Assembly (NCBI RefSeq): GCF_009914755.1
Contig: NC_060932.1
DNA length: 64,000 nt
Origin: the human T2T-CHM13v2.0 reference genome, Homo sapiens
Strand: one strand, 5' to 3'
Each line of letters starts with the position of its first letter. Positions within the stretch are counted from its first letter, which is position 1. Under the pieces are notes generated by a model. The model had not been told where the DNA came from. It did not search any database and worked only from the letters and a program-made list of their open reading frames with translations. Shown piece by piece: positions 40,636 to 54,252 of the stretch. The translations under genes and the position numbers were made by a program.

Positions 40636-41904
40636 GGAAAGTATTTTAAAATAGTTATAATCATTACTCATATAGATATATAAAGTAAAAATATGTTAAA
40701 TATTTTATTTAACTCCTTGTTAATGAAAGAACAATTTAGATGTTATAACTATGTCAAAGAAAAATTCAAAAACCAGATATACAGACACATCAGACACATT
40801 TGTAAATAGATGAAAATGTGTCTATGCAATTGCTAATTACATTCTACTAGATATGGCTACTTTGCATATCTATGGGCAAGAGTGATTTTCATTATTATTT
40901 ATTTTTTAAAACTTATAAAATTGTCAAAAAATGAAAGGTAGAGACAAACCTAATGAATGACCTTGCTTAGTCAGTCAACCATCTTCTTTTGCTCGTATCA
41001 AAATTTCTCACAATTCTTTCCTGACAAAGTCATTTTGAGTATTAACTAGGTTATATGTATATAAATCACTAAGCACAGTGACTAGAAAATAGAAAGTACT
41101 TCCAAAATGTTGAACCTTGAAGTTGCTGTGAGTCTTAAAAATTGCTAACTTGAAACATATAAAATTGCAAATATTAGAGTATTTTCAACCTATTAAAATA
41201 GCAATATCATATGTTTCAAATTAATATAACAATTATGGTTACCTAGCATCAAGAAAAATTGTTCTAAAGTCATTAAAAGTGTTCAAGAATGTAAAACTGT
41301 ATTTGTTTGAAGAGAATGTTTCTAGAACTAACAGGCTTAAATATTTCTATTTTTGATGAACTGATCGCTATTCTTGTAGGTTCTGAAGAAGTCAGATTTT
41401 GCAGACTTTACCAAGTAAAGGCATACTATTTAAAACTTTAGGGAACCATTTACCAACGTGCTAAGCCACAATATATTTCCCAAGTTAAATCATGTTAGAA
41501 GATACTAAATAAAAAAGAGCTTATTTTGTGTTACAGTATCTCAGAGATTTAACAATCACAAAGGGGATTTTCTGCATTTTAAACATTTTTTTGAACATGA
41601 CCTTTATTCATGAAGTATTTTCTCTATTGTTCCAAGGAATGCTGCATGGGAAAGCAACTACAAGCCTTTGGCTACACACCTCTGAATGGTCTCTCACTCT
41701 AGGTAACACAACTAATTCAAATGCAATGTTAGGAGAGTTGTTTTTGCCTAGATGAAATAAGATCTTTACAACCATGCTTTTCTATGGCCTTGAAAATGAT
41801 GAGCCCTACTGTCAAAGTACATCTAGAGTTGGATCACATGTCCAAAACTCCTACTCTATCTAAACCACTAGGAAATCTTCTTGCATCCTATCAGGGTCTC
41901 AGTC

Positions 41905-42375
41905 TTTCCTCTGTGATTCCATTTGTGCCTTCAAACCATCTACAATCTTTATACAACAGCAGGACTGATACTCTTTAAAATTTGGGTCAGATTATGTCAC
42001 TTTTCCATTCAAAACTCTCTGGTGTCTCCCAGTGCACTTCAAATAGAACCCAACTCTTCCCATTAAATAAAAGATCCTGCCTGATCTGACTCCAGCTATG
42101 TCTCTGACCTCCACGCCTGCTCTTTCCAGTCACACTGGCCTCCCTGCATGCTTCTGCCCCAGAGTTTTTGTTCTACTCTTTCCTCAGCTTGATAATCACA
42201 GGATTATTCTCATCTTAGAAAGGTCTTCCTGTAGCTAATATTTTACCTACTACCCTACCTAAAATATTTCCTGTACTTTCTATCTATTGACCTTCATTTA
42301 TCTTTATTTATGGTTGACATCTGACATTTTTTTTTGTTTAGTATCCACTTGTGTATTTTATCCCCCTGTGAAATG
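41905..42375 (+). mobile_element. L2 3' region
   Basis: 'gtcagattatgtcact..ttcaaaactct..tccagtcacactggcctcc'. Confidence 0.65.
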
Positions 42376-42379
42376 TATG

Positions 42380-44291
42380 TGTTTGAATTTAATTTGTTAT
42401 GATTTCTCCTAATTTGGTCTTGAGAACTTTCTGTTGTGAGTAGCCATAAGCCAGTATAGCCACTCTCTAGGGGACCCCTGTCTGGGAGAAAGTAATGATC
42501 AAGTGTGTTTGTCAGTTGGAACACAATGAAGTGAAACCTGAAATCATGAAACAGAAGAAACGTATTACTCACAGATCCAGAGAGGTTAGGGATACTTACA
42601 CAAGGATGACAGAAAGTCCAAAGGTGGAATAATGCTCACCCAGAGGGTGACAAGAAAGAAAGAGGGTACTATGCCTTTATCCTGGGCCATGGGCATTAAT
42701 CCTCAAGCTTAAGATGGGCTAGTTTAAAGAAAGCACTTAATTTGCATTTCCCTGATGATTAGTGATGTTAAACATGTTTTCATGTATTTATTGTACGTCT
42801 TACTTTGAGAAATGTTTGTTAAGATCATTTGCCCATTTTTTCAGATTGTTTAATTATTATTTTTTTCTGTTGCGATAGTTGCATTCATTGTATATTTTGG
42901 ATATTAATCCCTTGTCAGATCAATAGTTTGCAAATGTTTTCTCCAATTCCGTAGGTTGTTTCTCCACTCTGTTGACTATTTCCTGTGCTGTGCTGAAGCT
43001 GTTTATCTTGACATAATCCCATTGGTTCATTTTTGCTTTTGTTGCCTGTGTTTTCAGGTCTTATTCATAAATCTTTTTCAAGACAAATATCTCAAAGTAT
43101 TTCTCCTGTTTTCTCCTAGTAGTTTAAAAGTTTCATGTCCTATATTTAGGTCTTTAATATACTTTTAGTTGATTTTTGTATCAGGGAAATATAAATTAAA
43201 ACCACAAAGAGGTATCAGCTCATTCCAGTAAAGATGGTTATTATGAAAAGAACAAAAAAGAAATAACAAGTGCTATCATGGATGTGGAGAAAAAAGAGCT
43301 CTTATATACTGGTAGTGGGAATGTAAACTAGTAAAGCCACTTTAAGCTATGGAAGTTCATCAAAAAAACTACAAATAGAAGTATACTATGATCCAGCAAT
43401 CTCATCACTGGGTATTTATCCAAGGGAAAGGAATCAGTATATTGAAGAAACATCTGCATCACCATGTTTATTGCAGCACCATTCACAGTAGGCAAGATAC
43501 GGCATCAACTCAAGTGCTCAATAACAGATGAAGGGATTTGAAAAAAAATGTGGTACATAAATACAATGGAATACTATTCAGCCATATAAAAGAATAAAAT
43601 TCTGTCATTCATGGCAGCATGGATGAAACTGAATGACATTAATTTAAGTGAAATAAGCCAGGAACAGCAAGTTAAACACTGCATTTTGTCACTCATACCT
43701 AGAAGCTAAAAAAAACAGTTCATCTCATAGAAGCAAAAAGCAGACGAAAGGATACTATACTAGAGGCCGCGATGGGTAGGGGAAAGAGGGGAGAGGGAGA
43801 GATTTGTTAAAGAATACAAAATTATAGCTAAATAGGAAGAATAAGTTCTAGTGTTGTATAGAAATATAGGATGCCTATAGTAAACAATAATATATAGCTT
43901 CAAATAGCTCAAAGGAGGATATTGAATGTTTCAAACACAAATAAATCATAAATTATGAATATGATAATTATGAATATAAAAATCTTGAGATAAAGAATAT
44001 GGAAATTACACTGATTTAATTACTATACATACATAAATAAAATAAAATAAACACTTGAGAAGGGAAAAGTTACTTACATGACTCTCATGTTGACCGTTAG
44101 ATTTTATTGTGGTCAACATCTGTGTGTTTGGATTTGGGTCAGTGGGATGAGAAACAAGTGAGCTGTATCATATAGGGAGGGGAAATTTTAACTAAGCCAA
44201 AGGTGATGGGGTACAACTGGGTTTAAAATAACTTATGCCAAGCCTTAGGATGAATGCTGAGTCAGCAGATATATTAAACAAACTTAAGACA
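42380..44291 (-). mobile_element. ERVL-class solo LTR (MER54/73/74-like), split by an L1
   Basis: TG...CA termini with perfect 5-bp TSD GTATG (42375-79, 44292-96); family and strand tentative. Confidence 0.65.
42737..44050 (+). mobile_element. L1MA3-like element with 5' inversion
   Basis: 42737-43181 antisense, 43180-44050 sense; decayed TSD aaagaaagcactt/aaataaacactt. Confidence 0.85.
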
Positions 44292-45699
44292 GTATGGTTC
44301 ATGGCTAAAAATACTACTTATATTGTCTTATTCTGTATCTTCATTTGGTGTGAAACATGTACTTAAAAAACATTATGAATAAGTAAATGAGTGAATAAAC
44401 AGAGAAAGTAAAATAGGGAAAAAAGATGAAAATGAAAAAAAAAACCAAAAGAATAAAATTATAAGTATCTAGATGGCTGACAAAGAATGACACTTCCCAT
44501 TTATAAACAATGTATCTTTTTGTCATTGAATAATACACTGAAGAATTGGCCTCCTTGCACTTTGGTCAATAGAGACTTTGATTGATTATGTCTGTTGGAA
44601 TGTGTAAAGAAGACAAGAACTCCGAGATTCCTAAAAGCAGAGTAGCCAATACTATCTTATGCTTACCAATTTTTAAACATGATATGTGAATATGGATATG
44701 GATTACAAGAAAACAGGGAAAATTATAATTTTTATGATTAAAAGTGGCAGTCAGTGTAATACTTATTTTTTCTATGTAATATAAAATAGGGTTATAAGAC
44801 AAAATGTAATAAACTTCCAAATCTTCTGACAGGTATGAGTGATTTCAGTGTTAAATGTTCACAGATAATACCAAAGGTTAAAAAGTGATCATTGAATTTT
44901 TTTTAAAAAAAATCTCAGTTTGTAAAACATTTATTTAAAAAATACCTCCTTCTTCACTGTACCAGCAGAGTTTTGAATTGACTTTTCTTTTCTGACATTC
45001 TTATATTTAGCACCCATATGGTGATTGCATGTTTGACTGCTTCATCCGTCAATTTGAAGTCAAGGGTACTGAAGTAAGAAATCATGTGTAATGCTCACTG
45101 TGTACTCCCAGGCACCAAAATGGTACTACATTTATAGTATTATTCATGGTATATATTACATATATATTCATGGTTGTTCTGTGGACATATTAGAAACACT
45201 ATGGGTCAAAGTAATTTGGTGCATTTTTTTCCAAAGCAATCTCTTAAAATTATTAACATTCAACATGACCAAAATGATTCCTAGAGTTCCAAGGCAGTTG
45301 AGATGGGTATTAGTAAAAACATAAAGAATGCACATGAACAGCAGGGTCAGGGTGAGCTTCAGTGGCTTTTCTATTGATGACATCTGGATCCTTAACTGCT
45401 TAAATTGATAAGGGTAACAAGAATAATAAACCACTACAAGTGCTAATGATTCTACTCAGATAAGTTTGGGACACTGATTATTCTGATCCATTTCACAGAT
45501 AATAGACTAAAATAGAAATTTCAAAGCAGAACTTATTTAAGTCAAAGGAGATGTAATATTACTACTATCAGTGAATGAGAGAGGTATTGAGCATCTACTC
45601 TGAGCTCAGCATGTCTCTAGATGATAAGAAATATAACATTATTTGGCATGATGCCTGCTTCAAAAAATAGTTTGGAGGCTGAGAAAAAAGATATTAATA

Positions 45700-45950
45700 A
45701 TAGAAAGAGTAATTAGCATTTACTGAATACCTAAATGGGAATTCTGCATTCATATGTCTTTTAATCCCTGAAGGGACCCTACCAGGTAAATATTAATATT
45801 ATTCTCTTTTGAAAGATAGATAAAAAAGAGTTTCATAGAATTTAAATGCTTCCCATAGTAACATAACTTATAACCAATAAAAGCAAGACTCAGTTCCTTC
45901 TAGTTCCAAAGTTCTTACTTTGAACCCCTATGTCATATTGCTTCTCTAGA
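45700..45950 (-). mobile_element. MIR
   Basis: 'agcatttactgaatacct..tttaatccctga..aggtaaatattaatattattctcttttgaaagata'. Confidence 0.6.
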
Positions 45951-48900
45951 GAGTAATAGACTTACTGCATCTTGCAATGCACTTATAGTTTTTTATCCTG
46001 GAGACACTCATAAGTTTCCATTCATTTTTAAACCACCTCCCATAGTTGTAATGATACGACTGAATAAAGTAATTTACAGAAGTGTCCTAACACAGAGATA
46101 TTCATTAAAAATGTTAGTCCCATTTCACTGTTCCTTTGAGAAGCTTAAAATCTTGTTAATTATGATGGATTCATAATATTGTGGCAGAAAAATGAAACAA
46201 AGCAGCAGTCACTAGTGTGAGACAAGGTCAATATTCACTAGGCAATCCAGGAAAAGGTGAGACTCACTGCAGATTACAAAGGATGAGAAGGGGCTACATA
46301 AATGAAAGAAGGACAGAGGAGCCAGGTAAAAGAATAGTCCACAGAAGAGAAGTCTGGAAATCATGACCCTATTTAACAATGACTGAAATTGTACTGGATT
46401 TTCATTTTTCTTCTGGTATATCCATATTTGAAATATTTACCTTCAAATCATTTACATATGCAGTCATTTGCACCTACTATTGTGTCACATACACAAAATA
46501 AATTATCCTGACATTGAACTAAAAATGGTAAGGATAAATAAGGTTACAGATGCCAATTCTTTTCTTATTCATTTACTTTTACTATGTAGTAGGAAATTGT
46601 CTTATTTTTAAGCTCCTTACAGTGTATACGTTATCCAGTAAAGTGTCAAAGCCCATTTCAAACCATGGATTCATCAAATGATCACTATTAATTATTAGCA
46701 ATGCTATTTATAGTTTTACTAATGACAATCTTTGGAATCACAATTACTTTCCTATCTATGACCCTAGAATTTATATTGATATGTAAAGATGTGGTAACAG
46801 AATACTAAAATGGCATTCATTTTTTTAATCTTTTAATTTTCTTCTACAACTAGATACCATACTTTCATTTGCTCTTTGAATATTGTCTTTTGGCAACACT
46901 TGCACCATGAGAGGCATAGATCTTTGTACAACTCTATTTTTAATGTGTTGGTGTCCATATGTACAGATACAGACAGAAAAAAAAGAGTAGATATGATAAT
47001 GGAGTAAAGGAAGAGAATGACTGGGTCAGGAAACATGCTACGAAAAAGATTCCCAGAGGGAAGCCAGGTGAAGGAGAAGAACCTTAGTGAAAGGTTCTTA
47101 AAGATATTTCATGCCTCAGCAAGGAACTGAATAGAAACATTATTGAAAAATACAATGTCCTCAACTGAACAATTTTCTTGAATTCTAACTGGCTATTGTA
47201 TCTATGAGTAATATATACTGATATGATACAAAAAATGCATTTACACTACTGTCAGCCCAGTCATTTCTTAGAATACTTAGTTTTATTCTAATAAGACCAC
47301 TGAATTTACTTGCTAAGAGTTTAATCAGAACATTAGCCCATATATTTTAATAGAAAAACAATAATAAAATTAATAAATATACACTTATATTGATCAAGAA
47401 AAATAGAAAATACTAATATCAATAATCAAAGCAGTACAAACCCTACAGATAGTAACCATTTTGTTTAGGCATATTAAGAAAAAATTACAACAGTAAATTC
47501 AACAACTTAGATGAAGTTGAAAAAATTATTGACAAAAAAAAAAACAAAACCTGGTGCAAGATTAAATACAGAATATGAAAAGTCAATGTATATCGATTGA
47601 TAAAATTTTAATATTATAAATCCTTCTGCAGATACATTTCTAAAAACAGATACTTTCACTAGTAAATTCAGAAGTCTTATAAAGAAATTATACCAATCAC
47701 TCAAAATATGCCTGTCTTTTGGAAAACAGATAAAGAAAACTGCCTGTTTATTTGAGACCAACATTACTATAGTATCAAAATATGAAAAAGACATTTTAAA
47801 AAATAAATGTTAGAGCTCATGTATATATGCTGTAAAAATCTTATATAAAAACATTAGTAAACTAGATTCAGCAAAATATTAAAAAGGATATGTTTGAGTT
47901 AACAGTGGAAAATATGAATGAATCTAATTTTGTCATATTAACAAAATAAAGGGAAATTAGCAAATGATTCAATTAATAGATGGAGTAATAGCATTTGGCA
48001 ACACCTATTTATGATAAAACCACTCAGAAAACCATGTATAAAATGGAGCCACTTCATTCTGATATGAAAAAAATACAGCTAATAGTATATTTACTGATTT
48101 AACACTATGAATAAAAGACAGTGTCTACTCCTTACACTACCTTATGCTACTGCTCAACATTATATCATTTTAATAAAGAATGAAAAGCTAATAAAAGCAT
48201 AAAGACTGTAGGAAAATGGAAAATGTTTTTATCTGTAGATGACATCATATTTATATAGAAACAATAAAAATAACAAAATATTATAACTAATAAGTGAATT
48301 TAGCTTAGTGAGAACGTGGACTTGCATCCCCAGTAGTAATGAGGAGCTTCTTTACCTTCCTGCTGAAATAGTGTCAACAGAGGCCTAGGAGAGAGTCAGG
48401 ACTTTAAGCTCAGCAATAAAGAAACCAGACCCCTGTGTGCCACTGGAAAACCAGTGGGGAGCAATAATGAGGCACTAAAACCAATTCAGGCAGAGAGGTA
48501 TGACTGGCGATCTAGTTGAGAACCCCGATTTCTATACCTACCCAACAATAATAAGGAGCACACACCCTTGGGTGTTAACAGGTCAAATTGAGAATCTGGA
48601 CATCAAACCCCAGGAAATAAATGGCAATACCCTTCCCCTGCTTGGGTGGTGCCAGTGAAACAGAAGTTTTAAATTACTTTCAGAGTCTCATAATGTAAGA
48701 TCCAAAATATCCAGGTTTCAACATGGATACTTAAGTACAGTACATGTGCTTAGTATCTGGGTGACAAAGTTATCTGTACAACAAACTCCCGTGAACCTGT
48801 TTACCTATACAAATCTCAGAACAATAAGTGAGTTTAACAAAGTTGCAGAATACAAAATCATGCAAAAATCAATTGTATTTTTGTATAGTAGCATGTAAAA

Positions 48901-49429
48901 ACTGAAATTAAAAAATAATAGCAATTACAGTTGCCCAAAAATGACTTTAGGTGCAAATCTAACAAAATGTGTAGGACTTGTATGCTGAAAATGACTCACT
49001 TAAAATGTATGCAAATCAAATATTTAAATAAATAAAGACAGACTATGTTCATGGATTAGAAGATTCTGCACAGTAAAATGTCAATTCTCCCTAAATTGAT
49101 ACACAAGCTTAACACAATTTCTATCAAAATCTCAGAAGGATAATTTTTATAGATACAGTCAAGATTACTCTAAAATTTCTTAAGGATGTCTGAGAAACTG
49201 TAATAGCTATAATGATTTTGACATAGAAGAATAAGCTGGGAGGCATCAGCTAAAGTTATTCTATCTATACTAATTAAGATTGTATGGTATTAGTATCGGA
49301 TTAAACACACAGATCAATGGAACAGAATAAAAATATGAAAATAGACCATATAAATATTCTCAACTGATTTTTGACAAAATTCAAAAGTATTCCAATACAA
49401 AAAGAAGGTATTATAGCAATTGGACATAG

Positions 49430-49920
<491 letters not shown>

Positions 49921-50227
49921 CTAGATCTCAAACCTTATACAAAAATTAACTAAAAATTAAATAAATCACAGATTTGAATGTAAATGCAAAACTAAAACTT
50001 TTAGAAAAACTAGGAATAAATCTTCAGAATATAGGGCTAAGCAAAAAGTTCTCAGCCTGACACCAAAAACATGATCCATAATAGGAAATCATTGATAAAC
50101 TGTATTCTATCATATTTTTTAAAAAATTTGATCTGTTCAAAATTATTCAGAGAATAAAAGAGTAAATTGCAGACTGGGATAAGTAAATTGTAGACTGGGA
50201 TTTAACTGTCCTTCAGAAAAGAAAAAA

Positions 50228-50686
50228 TGTAATGGCTAATTTTGTGTCAACTTAACTGGGCCACAGGGTGCCCAGATATTTGATTAAATATTTTTCTGAG
50301 TATGTTTGTGAGAGTGTTTAGTAATGAGGTTAACATTAAAATTGGTAGACTGAGTAAAGCAGATTTTCCTCCCTGATGACCTAATTCAATGAGTTGAAAG
50401 CCTAAATAGAATAAAAAGCTTTTTCTTCCCCTGAGTAAGAGATAATTCCTTTTGTCTGACGGCTTTCCTATAGGGACATCCATTTTTTCTGTTTGTTTTC
50501 TTCTTCCCACATTCAGACTTGAACTAAAACATCAGCTCTTTCTTGGTCCTGCACCCAACAGCCTTCAGACTGGAATTGTATCATTGGCTCTCCTGGATCT
50601 CCGCTTACCAATTTACTTTGCAGATCTTAGTACATGTAAACTTCCATAATTATGTGACCCCCTTCCTTATAATAAACCTCTGTATA
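50228..50686 (+). mobile_element. MLT2 (ERVL) LTR, 3' end missing
   Basis: 'tgtaatggctaattttgtgtcaacttaactgggccacagggtgcccagatattt'. Confidence 0.85.
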
Positions 50687-50687
50687 A

Positions 50688-50718
50688 AGATAGATAGATA
50701 TGTAGGTAGGTAGGTAGG

Positions 50719-50750
<32 letters not shown>

Positions 50751-50793
50751 CAGATAGATAGATAGACAGACAGAGTAGATAGAGTAGATAGAT
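50688..50793. repeat. Compound (GATA)/(GGTA)/(GACA) tetranucleotide STR
   Basis: Direct reading. Confidence 0.92.
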
Positions 50794-51038
50794 AACATAA
50801 ATATCTCTCAAAACTCAACATGAGAAAATCAAAATAAAAAACATAAATGGGCACATCACAAAAGATATTCATACAGCAAGGAAGCACATGAAAAGACGTT
50901 TGACATTATTCTTGATTAAGGAAATGCAAATTAAAACACAAAGAAATATCACTATACACACATCAAAATGGCTGAAATTTAAAAATAATGATGCTAAATG
51001 CTGGTTACAATGCTGAGAAACAAGATCAGCCAAATATT

Positions 51039-52270
51039 GCATGAGATGATATCTCCTTGTGGTTTTGATTTGCATTTCCCTAATGGCCAGTGACGATGAG
51101 TATTTTTTCATATGTTTGTTGGCTGCTTACATATCTTCTTTCAAGAAGTGTCTGTTCATATCCTTTGCCCATTTTTTGATAGGTTTGTTTGTTTTTTCTT
51201 GTAAATTTGTTTAAGTTCTTTGTAGATTCTGGATATTAGCCATTTGTCCGATGGATAGATTACAAAAACTTTCTCCCATTCTGTAGGTTGCCTGTTCACT
51301 CTGATGATAGTTTCTTTTGCTGTGCAGAAGCTCTTTAGTTTAATTAGATCCCATTTGTCAATTTTGGCTTTTGTTGTATTGCTTTTGGTGTTTTAGACAT
51401 GAAGTCTTTGCCCATGCCAATGTCCTGAATGGTATTGCCCAGGTTTTCTTCTAGGATTTTTATGGTTTTAGGTCTTATGTTTAAGTCTTTAATCCATCTT
51501 GAGTTGATTTTTGTATAAGGTGTAAGGAAGATGTCTGGTTTCAGTTTTCTGCACATGGGCTAGCCAGTTTTCCCAACACCATTTATTAAATAGGGAATCT
51601 TTTCCCCATTGCTTGTTTTTGTCAGGTTTGTCAAAGATCAAATGTTGTAGATGTGTGGTGTTACTTCTGAGGGCTCTGTTCTGTTCCATTGGCCTGTATA
51701 TCTGTTTTGGTACCAGTACCATGCTTCTTTGGTTACTGTAGCCTTGTAGTGTAGTTTGAAGTCAGGTAGTGTGATGCCTCCAGCTTTGTTCTTTTTGCTT
51801 AGGATTGTCTTGGCTATGCGGACTCTTTTTTGGTTCCATATGAAGTTTAAAGTAGTTTTTTTTCCAATTCTTTGAAAAAAGTCTGTGGTAGCTTGATAGG
51901 GATAGCACTGAGTCTATAAATTACTTTGGGCAGTATGGCCATTTTCATGATATTGATTCTTCCTATCCACGAGCATGGAAAGTTTTTCCATTTGTTTGTG
52001 TCCTCTCTTATTTCCTTGAGGAGTGGTTTATAGTTCTCCTTGAAGAGGTCCTTCACATCTCTTGTAAGTTGTATTCCTAGGTATTTTATAGTTTTAGTAG
52101 CAATTGTGAATGGGAATTCACTCATCGTTTGGCTGTTTGTCTGTTACTGGTATATAGGAATGCTTGTAATCTGTTTGCAGATTACATGATTGTATATTTA
52201 GAAAACCCCATCAACTCAGCCCAAAATCTCCTTAAGTGGATAAGCAACTTCAGTGAAGTCTCAGGATACT
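51039..52270 (-). mobile_element. L1PA (PA6-8-like) ORF2 segment, 5'-inverted and lacking its 3' end
   Basis: Minus ORFs 51344-52125 match ORF2p; 52170-52270 is a sense RT fragment ([17 protein letters not shown]). Confidence 0.9.
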
Positions 52271-52274
52271 AAAA

Positions 52275-53340
52275 TTTTTTTATGTTCTTAGGGAAGACAA
52301 TAGTTGTTTTACACAGCACAAAAAAGCAATAATCACAAAGGAAAAGAATGAAACATTGGACTTCATTAAAAACAAAGATCATTATTGATCAAAAAAATGA
52401 GAGAATAAAAATGAAGCCAACGCCGTTGGAGAAAATGTCTATGGAATATGTACCTGACATAGAATTTTTGTCAATAACAGCACTGACCTATAGAAATATG
52501 AGTCACATCTCCATATTGACCTGCCACATTTAAATTGCTTAACAGTCACATATCATTAGTTTCTACCATACTGAACAGCACGGATTCAGAACATAAAAAT
52601 AACTACTACATATCACTCAATCTAATCTTAAAAAATGTACAAACACTCTGAAAAAGGGATATAAAAATTAAAAACATGAAAGTTAAACCACAATATAGTA
52701 TAATGGCACATTCACACAAATGGCAATAATAAAAAATATGAAAATAACAACTCAGTAAAGCTGTGAGATGACTGGAACTTTCATATTGGAATATTGTATT
52801 GGAGAATCTTATAAAGCTGAATGTACAAATTACCTATTCTGAAATATTTCTACTCCCAAAGAAATGACTAATATGAGCTGCGAAAAAAAATCAGTATGAA
52901 AAAATTGGTACCAATATTTATAATTTTCCCAAACTGGAAACAACCTATATGCCCATTAACTGTGGAATGGTTAAATAAGCCATGATATATGCATCTAAAT
53001 ACTACACGGCAATGAAAAATAAATAAACTGCTACTAAGCACAATAGCACAATGTTGACTGAAAGAAACCAGCAAAAGGGCACTTATTTTTTGTTTCCTTT
53101 TACAGAAATCTCCAAAGTAGGCAAAGCAAATGTATTTTGATATAAATCAGAACAGCAGCTCCATTTAAATGGGGGTAATGACTTGAAAAGGTCATGAAGG
53201 AGGTTTCTCGACAGTAGCAGTTTTCTATTTCTTGAACCACTTGATTACATAGGTTTATTTACTTGGTAAAACATCATAAAATTATGCATGCATGATTTGT
53301 GTACACACTTTTGTATTTATGCTTTCAATAAAATTTGCTT
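52275..53340 (+). mobile_element. L1ME-like 3' portion with a MER3/MER33 scrap at ~52479-52585
   Basis: 'ccaaactggaaacaacc', 'ttctatttcttga..ttacataggt', 'ttcaataaaa'. Confidence 0.65.
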
Positions 53341-54181
53341 AATACACTTAGAGTTTCCTTTTATACGACTTTAATCAGTTTCTACAAAGGCTTCTCTTCT
53401 GATTTCCAGTGGGACAATTTTTCAAGTCATTCAGTCCGATGCTGCTGGGACTTACTGCACTGACCTGCAATCAAGACTGTCAATGCTCAATCAAAACCAA
53501 CAAAGAGCATAATGGCTAAGCAAAAGCAAAATTGTCAATACCTTATTATTGCAATAAAATATGCTAAGAATTACGCATTGAATTTCCCAGACTGCATTAT
53601 TGAAATGTTTGCTAATTTTCAAGACAATTTACCAGAAACTGCTGAAGAGGAACTTAATGAAACTGTGGCTGAAGTTAAATTTAAAATAATCCAATGCACT
53701 TCTCAAAGGAAGATTACTCCCCAGCTGTCAAACAGCTTTGATGGTACCTGATACTAAGAGAACTCTCAAAACCTAACTTCGATTTATTCTAACATTGACT
53801 TGCTGGAAAAGCATCTCACAGACCTCAACAACTTTAAAGGAACTTAAAACGTTAGATTGTGGGCAGGGAAAAGAGCAGGCACACGTTTTGTCAGAGAATT
53901 GGAAGTGAATTTTCTTAAGGAAAAAACAGTAATTAGTTTTAAAACTCATATTGTAAATTATAATCATTATATTATACTCTTGTATTCCAGTTTAACCATA
54001 ATGCTCTCACACTCTAATTATGATACATTGCTATTTCAATGGTGTATTGGTTAACATTGAGCAATTACAATCATGCATTCCTTTATCCATCCAGTCATCA
54101 TTTATTGATGCTTCCTGAGATACAAATGCATGCTACATTCTAGGATGTATATCACTATATATGTGTGTACAAATGCACAGT

Positions 54182-54252
54182 TATTAGGTTGGTGCAAAGT
54201 AACTGCTGTTTTTGCCATTAAAAGTAATGACAAAAAAGTAATTTCTAACCTA
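54182..54252. mobile_element. Made1 MITE (Hsmar1-derived), right arm partly deleted
   Basis: TA-ttaggttggtgcaaagtaactgctgtttttgccattaaaagtaatg..aaccta. Confidence 0.85.

Noticed and set aside
41380-41703. Plus-strand micro-exon candidates (also 11535 and 61081)
   Set aside because: Splice-like motifs occur at chance frequency, and there is no coherent frame or recognisable peptide
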